A DNA stretch of 61,422 bases, filler included, from Sphacelaria rigidula (taxonomy: Eukaryota): assembly GCA_964200075.2 (NCBI GenBank). It is 8 parts of 8 records of this genome, joined end to end, with 100 filler letters (N's around TTAATTAATTAA, not from the genome) between each part and the next. Parts side by side here need not be neighbours in the genome. Positions count along the whole stretch, not along the records: positions 53,834 to 61,422 come from CAXNAA020014198.1; 7 more parts are not named here. One strand, 5' to 3'. The first letter of the stretch is position 1. Each line of letters begins with the position of its first letter. The translations under genes and the position numbers were made by a program. Under the pieces are notes generated by a model. It was not told the DNA's origin. It saw only the letters and a program-made list of their open reading frames with translations, and did no database searches. Below, one piece after another: positions 61,151 to 61,422 of this stretch.

Positions 61151-61422
61151 AGGCGTAATAATCAGGTGGTCAACTTGTGGTCCACGACCACACCACCGTC
61201 TGTGTTATGACGCTCACAACTATGTGCATCTTATCCACTCCCGGTTCCTTCCGCCGTAGAATAGGCGTTTTGAGTTGTGACAAAGGAATTACTCTGAACT
61301 CAAAAGTGGAGTGGGTGTTAATCGTGTGATTTCACTCATGGTAAATGTAAGATCCAGGATTCTATCACGAGACTATCGGAGGAAAATGTGACGGATTAAC
61401 CGATGGAAAACGGTACTGGTGA

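Overview
Eukaryotic, intron-rich, repeat-dense DNA. A brown-alga-like stramenopile is my inference from gene style and repeat types; it is not proven. The window is not one locus. It is eight contigs of 7592, 7591, 7591, 7590, 7590, 7590, 7589 and 7589 bp joined by identical 100-bp N spacers containing TTAATTAATTAA, i.e. size-sorted unplaced contigs, so neighbourhood across spacers means nothing. Supported genes: a three-exon DHHC palmitoyltransferase (311 aa as spliced here, apparently C-terminally short); a divergent unknown gene; part of a PC4/Sub1 gene; the last exon of a probable 2H-phosphoesterase; and four exons of a large low-complexity protein with at least three BRK-like domains, each split by an intron and so invisible in the ORF track. 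Decayed coding relics: an MTR4/SKI2 helicase fragment, a PIF1-type (Helitron-like) helicase, a putative DDE-like transposase, and a Ty3/Gypsy element with both LTRs and a 4-bp TSD but no RT core. Many non-autonomous DNA elements have readable TIRs and TSDs (hAT 8 bp, Tc1/mariner TA, PIF/Harbinger TCA, piggyBac TTAA), often nested, alongside tRNA-derived SINEs. I found no CRISPR array, rRNA or intact tRNA, and no clearly new multi-gene system. The best leads are the multi-BRK protein and a composite hAT element carrying about 650 bp of unexplained DNA.
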